In this document: piece by piece, positions 25,155 through 38,379 of the stretch | Numbering within the stretch: position 1 is the stretch's first letter | How the letters are laid out: each line of letters starts with the position of its first letter | Source: Octopus sinensis | Taxonomy: Eukaryota | Direction: 5' to 3' | NCBI RefSeq assembly: GCF_006345805.1 | Contig: NC_043003.1 | Span: 16,616,001 to 16,680,000 of the forward strand | Length of the DNA: 64,000 nucleotides | Notes under the pieces: model-generated | Database searches by the model: none | What the model was told of the DNA's origin: nothing | The model's input: the letters and a program-made list of their open reading frames with translations, nothing else | Made by a program: the position numbers and the translations under genes

Positions 25155-25388
25155 TTATTTCTTTACTGTCCACAAGGGGCTAAACATAGAGGGACAAACA
25201 AGGACAGACAAACGGATTAAGTCGATTACATCGACTCCAGTGCGTAACTGGTACTTATTTAATCGACCCCGAAAGGATGAAAGGCAAAGTCGACCTCAGC
25301 GGAATTTGAACTCAGAACGTAGCGGCAGACAAAATACCGCTACGCATTTCGTCCGGCGTGCTAACATTTCTACCAGCTCGCTGCCTTG
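25155..25388 (-). mobile_element. SINE type B monomer
   Basis: Reverse complement of the type B unit. Confidence 0.88.
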
Positions 25389-25659
25389 AAGGACGTTCTT
25401 CATGGCGGCTTCACGGTGCACCGGCCCGCCTCATTGATGTGCATCCCTGTCTACTGGATCGCCCGACTAGTATTCGATCTTAATTCCTTCATCTCGGTGT
25501 CATCAACATCATTGAAATTGTGGAGTCTTGCAGGTACCTGACTCACACCTATACATCATACAACATGATTAATGATTAAAATAGATATTAAACAGCTGCA
25601 ATGGAGGACAAGCACATGAGATGTTTCGGAGCATCTCACACACAACCGTAGATTAACAT

Positions 25660-25848
25660 GAGTCAACGAGCTTCTACATGTCGCTCGATCTGCCAGAAAT
25701 AACAGCTAAATTTCTTAAACTGGATATAAGAAAGAATACTTTTGACAGTGTGGCTCGACTTACATATCCTTAGAAAGATATGATGGTCATAACGACTGGA
25801 AGGGTTTTGATCCTATGCCTGTTCAGTCGGGGTTAATCTGGGGCTAAA

Positions 25849-25883
<35 letters not shown>

Positions 25884-25914
25884 GCAACAGCAACAACAAC
25901 AACAACAACAACAA

Positions 25915-25953
<39 letters not shown>

Positions 25954-25965
25954 CAACAACAACAT
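25660..25965 (+). mobile_element. Degenerate retroposon 3' end with expanded (CAA)n/(CAG)n tail
   Basis: GATGGTCAT...CTGGA...TTTGA...CCTGT...CTGGGGCTAAAC then (CAA)n; homologous to the 41.3-42.1 kb satellite unit. Confidence 0.55.
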
Positions 25966-26490
25966 CATACCAAAGGCATTTGACATCACTTAGTTCTTGG
26001 AGCCAATTTGCAATCGTAAAAACAGAACAGTTTTGTCATTCTTTTCAATTTTTATAAAAATTTTCTGCGGAGTAACCTTTCTCTGTCTTTCCTCACTTTT
26101 CTCTTCACGTGGTGCTGCCCGAAGCCAAACCTTTCAAACTAAACTTTCGTCAATGAAGATTTGGCTTGAAAGGAAAATCTCCATCTTCAAACTTGTCAAA
26201 TGAGTTAACCACCAGGAAGAAAACTGCCTGCTTTCTCCTATCAAAATGAAATCGGTGGTTCGATCAACATGATGGAGTTGGTTAATAACTGGATCCGTCT
26301 GCACATGATAATTGTCCTTCAACAAACCGACAGTCAGGAATGAACAAACACTACAGAGTGTATGCCAGACATGTTCGCTTGTTACATGCTTCAACACCGC
26401 CATACTTGTTTATCAAGAATAACCCTAGAATTTTTGAACTGTCAGGCCAAGGACTTTGGTAAATTGTCCATGATCTCCAACCTGAAAATT

Positions 26491-26654
26491 GGGAGACAGC
26501 GATGACGTTCTCAGGGGAACTCTTAGCGGCAAAGAGAATCAGCTACTGGTCTATTCCGAATACTTTCGGCCCGGGACTATGGATAATTCCGTAAGATCTT
26601 TCGCCTAACAGAACTACTACGGTGGTAGGGTTGGGCGCTTTGCCGGTTCGAGAC
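26491..26654 (-). repeat. 164-bp unclassified repeat, right copy of the inverted pair
   Basis: Reverse complement of 23933-24097. Confidence 0.85.
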
Positions 26655-27089
26655 CTGAAAATCTTCCAGATGTGACTTAAGATTTTGACTGTCTTCATTG
26701 ATACTCAGAATCAGTCCCACGCCATCGTCGCTGAAAATCTATTCGAACTCTCTACAGAATTAAAAGATCGACTTTCTCTTCACCTTGTCACTCAGCTGAT
26801 TGAGTGCAGTGAAATCTTGGGTGAATTTCTGATGTCAAACGATAATAATAATAATTATAACCGTTTATACTAAAGGCACAAGGCCTGAAATTTTGGGGAA
26901 GGGGACTAGTCGATTACATCGACCCCAGTGATTCACTGGTACTTAATTTAACGCCCACGAAAGGAAAGTAAAGTCGACCATGGCGGAATTTAAACACAGA
27001 ACGTAAAAGACAAACGAAACGTCACTAAGCATTTTGCTCGGCGTACTAAAGAGTCTACCAGCTCACTACTTTGAAGATGATGATAGCAA

Positions 27090-27121
<32 letters not shown>

Positions 27122-27201
27122 AACTACTACTACTAATAATAATAATAATAATAATAATGATGATGATGATGATGATGATGATAATGATGATGATGATAAT
27201 A

Positions 27202-27234
<33 letters not shown>

Positions 27235-27238
<4 letters not shown>

Positions 27239-27612
27239 CTTTTGCTCTTTTACTTGTTTCAGTCATTTGACTGCGGCCATGCTGGAGTACCGTCTTTCGT
27301 CAAGCAAATTAACGCCAGGACTTATTCTTTGTAAGCCTAGTACTTATTCCATCAGTCTCTTCTGCCGAACCGCTAAGTTACGGGGACGTAAACACACCAG
27401 CATCGGTTGTCAAGCGATGTTGTGACAAACACACACACACACACAGACATATATATATACTTATATACGACGGGCTTCTTTCAGTTTCCGCCTACCAAAT
27501 CCACTCACAAGGCTTTGATCGGCCCGGGGCTATAGTGGAAGACACTTGCCCAAGGTGCTACGCAGTGGGACTGAACCCAGAACCATGTGGTTGGTAAGCA
27601 AGCTACTTACTC
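27235..27612 (-). mobile_element. SINE type A between trinucleotide tracts
   Basis: Same head and tail motifs as 10953-11406. Confidence 0.88.
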
Positions 27613-27615
27613 CAC

Positions 27616-27649
<34 letters not shown>

Positions 27650-28222
27650 TAATAATAATAGTAATAATAATAATAATAATAATAATTATTGTTATTATTA
27701 TTTCAAATTTTAGCACAAGGTTAGTAATTTCGGGGGAGGCGGAGTGTTCAAATGGTGCTTGTTTTATCGACCCCTAAAGGATGAAAGGTAAAGTTGACCA
27801 TAGCAGAATTTGAGCACAACGTAATGGCGGACGAAATGTCGCTAAGCAGTGTGTCCAGCGCGGTAACGATTCTGCCAGCTCGCCGCCATAATTGTTTCAA
27901 ATTTCAGCACAAAATTTCAGGGGAGGAGTTATGAATTTGCTACAAATTTCAGGTGAAAGGGTCAGTCGATCAAATCGGTTCCAGAACTTCACTTGTGTTT
28001 TATTTTATCGATTCTAGAAGGATGAAAAATAAACATGGCCTCGGTAGTATTTGAGCTCAAAATGTAAAAGTGAGACACAAGAACTACCGCTCGGTATTTC
28101 GTCCGACGCTGTAACGTAGTATTGGTGCAAAGACAGAAATTTGGGGATGATGGTCATTGGAGGAACAAATTGACCTCGTTGCTCGTCTGGTTTTCGTTCC
28201 GGGAAAGGATAGGCAAAACAGA

Positions 28223-28650
28223 CATGGCCGTGTGGCTTATAAGCTTGCTTTGCAGCCATCTCGTTTCAGGTTCAGTCCCACTGTGCGGCACTTTGGACAA
28301 GTGTCTTCCATTAGAGCCCTGTGTGGCACCTTGGGCAAATGTCTTCTACTCTAGCCTCGGGTCGACCAAAGCCATGTGAGTAGATTTGGTAGACGGAAAC
28401 TGAAAGAAGCCCGTCGTATATATATGTATATATTTATGTATATTTGAGTCTGTTTGCCCCCCCACCTCCCATCGCTTGACAACCGATATTGGTGTGTTTA
28501 CGTTCTCGTAACATTAGCGGTTCGGCAGAAGAAACCGATAGAATAAGTACTAGGCTTACAAAGAATAGGCCCAGGGGTCGATTTCTTCGACTAAAAGGCG
28601 GTGCTCCAGTATGGCCCCAGTCAAATGACTGAAACAAGTAAAAGAATAAA
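28223..28650 (+). mobile_element. SINE type A (further partial copy 28700-28950)
   Basis: B-box GGTTCAGTCCC; tail GGCGGTGCTCCAGTATGGCC..AGTCAAATGACTGAAAC. Confidence 0.85.
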
Positions 28651-29345
28651 GGAATATATTTATGTGTGTGTTTGTATGTGTGTGTGTGTGTGTATCTATG
28701 TATTTATGCTTGTTTTTGCGTTTGCCACCCCATCCACCTCCGCTTGACAACCGGTGTTGGTTTGTTTACATCGTTGCAACTTGGCAGTTCGGCAAAACAG
28801 GTTGATGAAATAAGTGTGAGACTTAAAAGGAAAAAAAAAACAAAACAAAACAAAAAAACTTAATATGTACTGGGACCGATTTGTTCGACTAAGACCCTTC
28901 AAGGCGGTGCTCCGGCATGGCCGCAGTCCAATGACTGAAACAAGTAAACGATATAAGCTATAAGATATATTTTGTCATTATACAGATAAATAATGATATT
29001 AATAGTATACTACAAACAGGTAAACATAACAATAATAAAAACACTTTGTTATTGATGTTTCCTTCGGTGTTGAAGTTTAGCGTACATACCTGGTTTGCCA
29101 CTGGCATTTCGTGACTCTCTTTAACCTGTTGTTGATGAAAGAGTTGGTAGAGTCCAAGGATAGAAACTGGAGGTGTATATCGGGTGAAGTCGTTGATTTT
29201 TATGTTGTCCGGTTAACCTTAGCGAGAAGAAAAAACGTTGTTGGAAAGCAACGGCAAATAAAAAGCAGCAGAAAAAAAAAAAGAGAAAAAGAAATGATTA
29301 TAATAAAAATGAAAACAAAGAAGAAATAACAACGAAAATAAAAGG

Positions 29346-29381
<36 letters not shown>

Positions 29382-29479
29382 ACGAAAATAAAAATATAAA
29401 TAATGTAAAGAGAAGAAAGAAGAAATGATTTTCTTTAACAAAAAAGTCATAAAATGAAAGAAAATCAGAAAGGAACCAA

Positions 29480-30471
29480 TAGCGACAGAGAAAAGAAAAA
29501 TGAAGAAGATATTGAGAGAGAAGGATGAAGAGGGAGAGAGAGACAGAGAAAGAGTGAGGAATGGAGAGTAGAGGGAGATAAGGGGAGGGAGAAGGAGAGT
29601 GTAGTAGAGGGAGGGAGGGAGAGACAGAGAAAGAGTGAGAGAGGGAGTGTAGGAGGGAGATAAAGGGAGGGAGAGGAAGGTAGAAGGAGAGGAAGGTAGA
29701 AGGAGAGGAAGGTAGAAGGAGAGTGTGGTAGAGGGAGGGCGGGAGAGATAGAGGGAGGGAGAAATGAAGGGTGGGAGAAAGAAAGTGAAAGCGGCAGGGG
29801 AGAATATGTGTATAGACAGGTGTGTGTCTGTGTGTGGTGTGTGTGTGTGTGTGTGTGGTGTGTGTGTGTGTGTGTGTATGTGTGTGTGTGTGTGTTTGTG
29901 TGTGTGTTTGTGTGTGTGGTGTGTGTAAATAGGTTGACAGATAAAGATATTGATACGGTGTGATTGAAGTTGTATGTGTGTGTGTGTGTGCATGTAAATA
30001 TGCGTGTATGTGACTGTGTGTTTGCGCTTGTGTATGTATGCGTGTGTGTCAGTTCTTGAGTGTATTCATAAGTGTAATTGTGCGTGCATGTGTGTATGTG
30101 TGTGTGTGTGACTGCATGAGAGTGTGTACGTGTGAGGGCGTGTGTACGTGAGCGTATGTATGTAAGAGTGTATGTGAGGGTGTATGTGTGGTGATCTGTA
30201 TGAGTGTGGGAGTGGGTGTGTGTATGTGAGGTTGTGTGATCGGCGCCGCTCCTCACTGTATAAATGTAAATCAAACTAAACTGCTGTTTTATTGCCTATT
30301 CAAATATAAATTATCTCAACACACACACACACACACACACACATACACACAGAGCCACGCCCCACATGTCAACACATAACCAAGCAAAAGTACACACAAC
30401 AAACATAGACACATGCGCACGCACACATACACCCAAACACACACATATACACACACACGCAATTACATCTG

Positions 30472-30505
<34 letters not shown>

Positions 30506-30537
30506 CAGCCATCCATCCATCCATCCATCCGTCCTCC

Positions 30538-30573
<36 letters not shown>

Positions 30574-30640
30574 GTCTATCTATCTATCTATCTGTCTATC
30601 TATCTGTTTGTCTATCTGTCTGTCTGTCTATCTATTTTCT
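29480..30640. repeat. Polypurine (GA-rich) tract followed by (TG)n, (CA)n and (CTAT)n low-complexity blocks
   Basis: Direct reading; includes a 16-bp unit GGAAGGTAGAAGGAGA x3 near 29685-29720. Confidence 0.9.
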
Positions 30641-30820
30641 TTTATTCTTTTATTGTTTTATTTGTTTCAGTCATTTCACTGCGGCCATGCTGGAGCAACG
30701 CTTTTAGTTGAACAAATCAACCCCAGAACTTTGTAAATCTAGTACTTACTCTATCGGGTCTTTAGCCGAACCGCTAAGTTAATACACCAACAACGGTTGT
30801 CAAGCGATGGTGTATATATG

Positions 30821-30890
<70 letters not shown>

Positions 30891-31134
30891 CATACATACA
30901 CACATACACACACATATATATACGACGGGCTCTGGTTGGCCGCAGGCTACAGTAAAATAAATTTGCTCAAGGTCTCACACAGTGGAACTAAATCCGGATC
31001 TTGTTCCAACAGAGCCACTCCTGAGTCTATTGTATAAATACATATATATATTGAATATGTATGTATATATATATTTCGTAACGAGATAAAAAAAAAAACC
31101 AAGGCTGAGTAGATTTTAGAACATTTATAGATAG

Positions 31135-31182
31135 GTCTTACAGCTGTTTCCAGGATATTTATTATATCCCTTCATCGGAGAC
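31135..31182 (-). ncRNA. Minimal type I hammerhead with U4C change (probably decayed)
   Basis: Minus strand: GTCT-CCGATGA-AGGGATAT-AATAA-ATATCCTG-GAA-ACAGCTGT-A-AGAC. Confidence 0.6.
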
Positions 31183-31189
31183 GGTGTGA

Positions 31190-31470
31190 GAAGATGGTTA
31201 AGAAATAGTTAATTTAGATAAAATATAAAATAGAGAGTGAGATGGAGGAAAGAAAAGAAAATAGATGTGAGATATGTAGGGATATTACATTTGTAGATCC
31301 ATTTTTTTAAGGGAGAATGGTATACATATAAGATTCTAATACCTTATGAGCAAAATTCAATAGTATTTAAAATTGGTCATTCTAAGTATAGAGTTTATAC
31401 CCAGTGTTATTGAATCAAGGGTTTTATTTAAAGTGACCTAAAAATAGGGAGTGTATTAGTAGAGTCAAAT
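31190..31470 (-). pseudogene. Possible PLE GIY-YIG C-terminal remnant upstream of the hammerhead
   Basis: Interrupted translation KTLDSITLGINSILRMTNFKYY*ILLIRY*NLICIPFSLKKMDLQM weakly resembles the PLE endonuclease end; the position fits. Confidence 0.3.
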
Positions 31471-31572
31471 TGAAAACAGGAAGAGAGGAGTGAAGAAAGA
31501 GAAAAAGAAGAGAAAAAAGAGAGAATAAGAAGAAAGTAAGAAGAAAATAATATATATATATATATATATATA

Positions 31573-32090
31573 CACAGATGTTGGACAAAATAATGGAAAC
31601 ACCTTAAAATTTCAAACAAATTTATTTTAATATGGGGTAGGATCGCCTTTGGCTGTAATTCTACGACGTATGGACTCGTACAAAGTTTTAATTGTTTCCA
31701 AAGCTAAAATAGTCTTCAGTTCTTGTAGTGATGATGGTGGAGGATATCAACTCTATTTTTTTTCTAAAATGCACCATAAATGTTCAATAATATTGAGAAC
31801 TGGGGACTGTGGTGGCCAGATAAGATGTCCAACTTCACTAGAATGTTCCTCGTGCCATTCAGTAACAACTTTAGCTGTGTGAATTGGTGCATTATCATCC
31901 TGAAAGATTGCGTTTCCCACCGGAAACAGTTCCGCAACCATAACATGAATTTGATCAGTTAAAATGCTTAAATAGTCTTTACTATTAATTCTGCCATGAA
32001 GGGAAACCATTACGCGGGCGGATTTTCAAGATATAGCCCTCCAGACCATCACAGATCCTCTATGTTTAACAGTTGGAAGAAGTCAGTTTG
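31573..32090 (-). mobile_element. Tc1-like transposon, 3' half with terminal repeat
   Basis: PTVKHRGSVMVW, IFQDDNAPIH, WPPQSPVLNIIEHLW; terminus CAGATGTTGGACAAAATAATGGAAACACC abutting (TA)n. Confidence 0.9.
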
Positions 32091-32094
32091 GGTT

Positions 32095-32452
32095 AAATTA
32101 TCCAGAATCCTTGTCCTGTACCTGATCGATCCCAGTGGTAGTCATGAAATGTAAAGGTGGAAGTAGAAAATAGTTACAGCCTAAAGGGAGATAACCGAGA
32201 AAGACTTGGAAGTTAACGTTGGATTGTAATCATTTAAAGTAAAGTAAATATAGCATAAAATAATCCAGAACCCTTGTCTGGTACAGGATCGGTTCCAAAA
32301 TCTAATCAGTCCGTGCCAGTCACGAGGCCAAACATCCCTGAAAGTTTCATCCGAATCCATCTAGCGGTTCTTGAGATATCTTGCCCACGGCCAAACAAGC
32401 AAACAAACACGACTGGAAACAATACCTCTGCCTTCGCTAAGGTGGAGGTAAT
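32095..32452. mobile_element. Helentron-associated (HINE/DINE-like) non-autonomous element
   Basis: Terminal hairpin TACCTCTGCC-TTCGCTAA-GGTGGAGGTA (32423-32450), adjacent (CAAA)n, internal duplicated ATCCAGAA.CCTTGTC. Confidence 0.6.
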
Positions 32453-33269
32453 AAAAAAAAAACAATAAGAAGAGCGCGACTGCTATTGGTAATAAATAGA
32501 GATTAACTCTGTTTATCAAAATGAAAATGAAACGAATGAACAATATTTCGACACATCGTGTGTCTTTTACAAATTCAAAATATAAATTGAAATTAAATTC
32601 AAAGATAGGAAACGTTGAAACATTCAAAATTAAACCGGAACAACTGCTTTTCTTTCCAAGTAAAACGACGTCATCAGTATTTCACAAAAGGTAGCAGAAG
32701 GACAGAAAGAAAAAAAAAACAAAAAGAAAGAAAAGAATTATGGAAAAAAAATTATTCAGTCAAAAAGTTTAGTGTAAATATGGTGGAATTCACCTACCAT
32801 TTTATTAATTCCTTCAGGCTGAGATGTCAACAGCTCACAAATATATCTATTGTCATGAGTTTTGAAGACTGAAAGTGTAGTGGAGTAAGGGTATTTTTTT
32901 GAAAATGTGCACCTTCAGGCCTTCCTCAAATTTGGATGTGAAATGCTCCGTAAATTCCGTGGAACCAGTGTTATTTTGCCTGAGGTCGTAGCTATGTACG
33001 TTAAATCTTTTTTGTTATCGTTCTATTGTGCAATCAACATAAATCATTTTGTGTTTGATGCATTCCGCTGCATACACCATATGGGAATCCTTATAGGTCC
33101 CTCCTGTAAGACCGCGACTGGACGTGTTCTTCGCAGCTCTAACCAGTCAGCAGTCAAAGATACAGAAACACTAACACAACCCAGCAGAAGAACTGAAAAA
33201 TAACTTTCGAAAACTAGAACATCTACAATCTCCTGTGAATATTTTAAATTTCCCTCAAAAATAAGTCTA

Positions 33270-33690
33270 GAAACTTACATATCTACAATTTTCTCTGGAC
33301 GAACATACAAATGATCGTCTTTAAAAACTTTAAAAAATCTTTAATATTTACAATTTCTATGAATACCTTTCCTTTCTCCCCGAACATTCGAAAACGTAAA
33401 CATACTTTTTATTGTAAGAACATTACAGTTTTGTCTGTTTGGGCATACAAACGATCATCTTTAGGAAATTATAAACTTTAATATCTACAATTTTCTGTGA
33501 AAATTTTACTCTTTTTTCTTCCCTTTTCTTCCTGAATATTCGAGAATGTAAACATCCTCTTTATTGCAAAAACACTACAGTTTTCTCTGGCCGGACATAC
33601 AAACGTTCGTCTTGAGAAAATTTTAAAATTTAATACCTACAATTTTCTAGGAAAATTTTACCCTTCTTTTCTCCCTGACTATTTGAATGT
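33270..33690. repeat. Degenerate ~140-150 bp tandem repeat, 3 copies
   Basis: CATACAAA(T/C)G(A/T)TC(G/A)TCTT recurs at ~33304, 33444, 33596. Confidence 0.6.
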
Positions 33691-33864
33691 GTAAACAAAT
33701 TAAACGCACGATAAAAATTACGGAGACAAGCACCAGCCAATATATGCAAACTGCACAATTTCGAAAACTGTAAACACAGTAAAACCTATAAAAAGAAATG
33801 GAAATTTCAAAACATCTAGGAAAGTAGATTCTGTTATCAGTAGGATAGATACTAAAAATATAGG

Positions 33865-35250
33865 AATCGTTAACTTACTGATCTATGCACGAAGGAGGGG
33901 TAATAGCCACTAGAAGATTAGATATCTCACCGGGAAAGACTAAAAAAAAGGAGCAAATGTGGAAAAGGAAACTACAAAATAAAGTGAAGACTTTAAGACA
34001 AGATCTGAGTAGAACAGAAGCCTGGAAAACAAACGAGTTATGAAACACAAGATGCAAGTTTTTCCTCGAGAAAAGACACTTAGTCAAAGAGAAAGGATTT
34101 GGGACAGTAATAGAAGAGTTGAAACTGAGTATCATAGCAGTAGCAGGCAAGCTCTCCAGATATCAGAAAAGAATAGACCAGTATCAACAGAACAGATTAT
34201 TTGAGACAGACCAGAGGAGTTTTTATAACCAAATAAACAGTGAAAGAAATATTGAAGATGAGAAACCTAATGCAGAAGAAGCTAGAAAGTTCTGGAGTAA
34301 TATTTGGGATAAGCCAGTCAATCATGATGGAAATACAGTATGGTTAACGAAAGTGAGGGAAGAAGTAGTGAGTGAGAAGCAGCCAGATCTAAGATTAACT
34401 AGTGCATTGATGAGTAAAGTGTTAGGAAAAATGCCGAATTGGAAGGGCCCAAGACCAGATATAGTTCTAGAGTACTAGCTGAAGAAATTCAGTAGTTTAC
34501 ATGGGAGGCTGAGGGAACAACTTCAGGATTGTCTTAATGGAGGAATAATACCAGGGAGAACAATACTCATTATGAAAAAGAAGAGCTAGCTACTATAGAC
34601 CAATCACTTGCTTATATATGAATGTATATAAGCAAGTATATAAGAATATATATATGAATGGAGGACTCCACCCAAAGGTAAGAGTAGCAAGATTATATCT
34701 ACCTAGAAAAGAAAGCAGAAGAGGGTAAGTATCAGGAGAAGACAGCGTGGAATTAGCTAGAGTAGATATAGACCCCTATGCAGATGATAGTGAGGAAAGT
34801 TTATTAAAAGCTGCTGGAGTCAGAGCAAGTCATAGGGAAACGAAAAGCCCAAATGTAGTTAAAAACCAGGAAAAAGAACAGAAATTATCTGACTGGTAGA
34901 AGAAGGCGTTGCATGGTAGTAAAGTACTAGAAAGTAAGAAATACATGATGTTGTGGGACTTTAACATTCATACTGATAGAGTAATAGAAGCTAGAAGGCT
35001 TGATTTGGTTGTAGTAGATAAAGAGAATAGAAAGTGCCAGATAACTGACTTTACAATTCCAAATGATGAAAAAATTAATATGAATAGTTTAGGAAAAATA
35101 ACAAAGTACCAGGACCTAGCTATTGAATTACAGAAACTATGGAAAATGCGGCAAAATGTAGCTCAGTAGCTATAGGTGCATTGGGAACTATCCCTAAAGA
35201 TCTGAACAGATGGATAGAGGAAATAGGCATAAAATCCAGTTTAGTACAGT
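33865..35250 (+). mobile_element. R4/Dong-like LINE remnant with restriction-like endonuclease, internally deleted
   Basis: KLSRYQKRIDQYQQNRLF, FWSNIW, KMPNWKGPRPD; endonuclease region LWDFNIHTDRVIEARRLDLVVVDK...KITKYQDL, then AIGALGTI. Confidence 0.85.
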
Positions 35251-35394
35251 TTAGTTTAATATCTATAAAACTGTCAAAAGCTTGTTTATTTGTATGTTTT
35301 TTTAATTTATTATTAATGTTTCTTAATATGTTTAGTTAAAATTGCTGCTTCTTTCCAGAAATCACCAGGAAAGGGTAATTAAAATTCATCAAAA

Positions 35395-35900
35395 AGACAG
35401 ACCTATCGGACTTTCAAAGGGGTCAAATTGTTAGTGCTCGTATGGCAGGCGCTAGCATAACGAAAACAGCCGAAATTTTTGGTGTATCAAGAAGTACTAT
35501 TTCGATAGTAATGACAACCTTTGAGAAAGAGGGAAAAACCTCCTCGTCGAAACAAAACTCCGGAATAAAACAAAACTTTCAGATAGGGACCGTCGGACTC
35601 TTACGCGAATTGTTAAAAAGGATCACAAAAGTACAGCTCCCAAAATTACTGCAGAGCTTGATGACCACCTCGAGAACCTCGAGTTTCCACAAAAACTGTA
35701 AGGCCGGGAGCCTAACAAAGCCGGATTTCACGGGAGGGCTGTAATCAGAAAAACCGCTACTTTCAAAAACAAACGTTGCAAAGCATTTGAAGTGGAGTAA
35801 AAATCTACAAGAGTGGTCCCTAGAGCAGTGGAAAAATGTTATTTTCTCGGACGAGTCATCCGTTACCATATTTACCACTACCGGCCGAGTGTACGTATAA
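35395..35900 (+). mobile_element. Tc1-like transposase, 5' half
   Basis: DLSDFQRGQIV..MAGASITKTAEIFGVSRSTIS (HTH) and EQWKNVIFSDESSVTIFTTTGRVYV, with frameshifts. Confidence 0.9.
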
Positions 35901-36076
35901 AGGGACATGCTCAACTGGTTATGGTCAAACAACTGACAAGCAAATCTGTGGTATTGAGCAGAATATTTGCTGTAGCCCATCTTTTATACCAAGACAAAAC
36001 AATGTACATGATGACACTTCCAATCAGTTAAGATCAGAAGCCATGAGAGCCACTGCCTGGTACTGCATCGGGGGGA

Positions 36077-36115
<39 letters not shown>
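35900..36115 (+). mobile_element. Unclassified retroposon 3' end with (TTA)n tail
   Basis: Reverse complement of 43463-43650; ends at a TTA run. Confidence 0.7.
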
Positions 36116-36118
<3 letters not shown>

Positions 36119-36846
36119 GGCAGCGAGCTGGCAGAATCGTCAGCACGCTGGACGAAATGCCTAGCGGTATTTCAATTATCGCTACGTTCTGAGTTCAAAT
36201 TCCGCGGAGGTCGACTTTGTCTTTCATCCTTTCAGGTCGATAAAGTAAGTACTAGTTGAACATTGAGGTCGATGTAATGGATTCATCCTCTTTCCCAAAA
36301 CTGCTGCGCTTGTGGCAAAATTTGCAACCATTAAAGGCGGTGAGCTGGCAGAATCGTTCGCACGCTGGACGAAATGCTTGGCGGCATTTCGCACGTTGCT
36401 ACGTTCTGAGTAATCGAATTACCCCCCCCTCAAGCTGCCATTGTGGCAAAAATTTGAAGCCATCATAATCATTATTGTTGCTATTGTTAATTTCTTGAAA
36501 AAATGTGATTTTCGTAATAGGCTTGTAAAATTATATTTGTTTAGAAATATTCAATAGAATCAAAACCGAAAAAGATCCTTCATTTTAAGTGAGGTATTCA
36601 ATCAACTTTTTCCTACCGGACCGCTAGCTTACGGAGACATAAACAAACCAACACCGGTTGCCAAATGGTGAAAGCCCAGATACAAAAGTGTACGCATACG
36701 TACACACATGCAAACGTATATACATGAACGCACACATATACACTGGTGCATTTACATATGTTGCAACAAAGATAAATAAAACTGGCGCACGTCGCTAAGT
36801 ATTCTAGGTGATCTGGTCAATGGGACGAATCTGTCAGCTCGCCTTA

Positions 36847-37238
36847 GGCGCAGGAGTGGCTGTGTGGTAAGTAGCTTGTTTACCAACCACATGGTTCCGG
36901 GTTCAGTCCCACTGCGTGGCACCTTGGGCAAGTGTCTTCTACTATAGACTCGGACCGACCAAAGCCTTGTGAGTGGATTTGGTAGACGGAAACTGAAAGA
37001 GGCCCGTCGTATATATGTATGTGTTTGTATATGTTTTTGTGTCTGTGTTTGTCCCCCACAAATCGCTTGACAACCAATGCTTGTATGTTTACGTCCCCGT
37101 AACTTAGCGGTTCGGCAAAAGAGAACCGATAGAATAAATACTGGGCTTACAAAGAATAAGTCTTGGGGTCGATTTGTTCGACTAAAGGCGGAGCTCCAGC
37201 ATGGCCGCAGTCAAATGACTGAAACAAGTAAAAGAGTA
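36847..37238 (+). mobile_element. SINE type A, full length
   Basis: Intact head, B-box and tail. Confidence 0.92.
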
Positions 37239-37775
37239 TATATAACATATTTTAAACAGGGGAAATTTTAGCGATTTCTCCGCAGACTGAAAAAATGATG
37301 AACAACCTTTATCGATTTTTGAACCTTATCGGGTTCTCATAAGAAGCGTCTACTACATTCTTACAGTCTCCAGAGAAACAAGCAGCCAAACTGTTTATAT
37401 ACTCAACAAATGCAGCAGTTACTCTATGAAGGGCTCCCTAATTTGCATACCGAAAGTGTTTAACACTCTATACATATATGTATAAGTGTGTGTGTATGTG
37501 TGTGCGCGCACGCGTTCACGAATATGTGTATGTATGTATGTTATTTTATTCTTTTACTTGTTTCAGTCATTTGAGTGCGGCCATGCTGGAGCACCGCCTT
37601 GAAGGGTCTTAGTCGAACAAATCGACTCCAGGACTTATCTTTTTATGCCTAGTACTTATTCTATTCGTCACTTGTGCCGAAATGCTAAGTTACGAGGACG
37701 TAAACACACCAACACCGATTGTCAAGCAGTGATGGGGAGGGGGCAAACACAGACACAAAGACACACACACATAGC

Positions 37776-37894
<119 letters not shown>

Positions 37895-38083
37895 AAATAG
37901 GGTAATAATAAATTATCATTACCAGTGGCCTAGCACAAAAAACGAATTAGTCATTAGACTATATTTTATTCATATAGAAATAAAATAAGAGGCTTCCAAA
38001 TAGGAAAGCGTTGTGCTAGAACACAAAAAAGGGATAAATTCACGAAAGGAATGAAAATTAAAAACATTTACCATCTCAACTAT

Positions 38084-38155
38084 ATCCCAGACCGACGGTT
38101 TCTAACTATTTCCAACAAAAAAATATTCGCCGAAGGCAAGTTTCTTCAGTGGGAC
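38084..38155 (-). ncRNA. Hammerhead motif, left arm
   Basis: Mirror of 38380-38451 with the core intact. Confidence 0.68.
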
Positions 38156-38379
38156 AGCCTTCATAATCCTGACGTACAGACTGCTAGATCCACATGTAAT
38201 CTAACGGTTTGTAAATCCTAACTTTTCAAACCTCTGCGCAGACGCAAATCATACCCGGCGACATCCTCTCTGTCGCCGGGTATGATTTGTGTCTGCGCAG
38301 AGGTTTGAAAAGTTAGGATTTACAAACCGTTAGATCTACATGTGGATCTAGCAGTCTGTATGTCAGGATTATTAGGGCT

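Noticed and set aside
25852-25965. (CAA)n(CAG)n as a polyglutamine exon
   Set aside because: No surrounding ORF or splice support; sits as the tail of a retroposon remnant
26000-26420. Minus-strand frame (DRTTDFILIG...) as a LINE endonuclease remnant or host exon
   Set aside because: Similarity too faint to assign by eye; needs a profile HMM search
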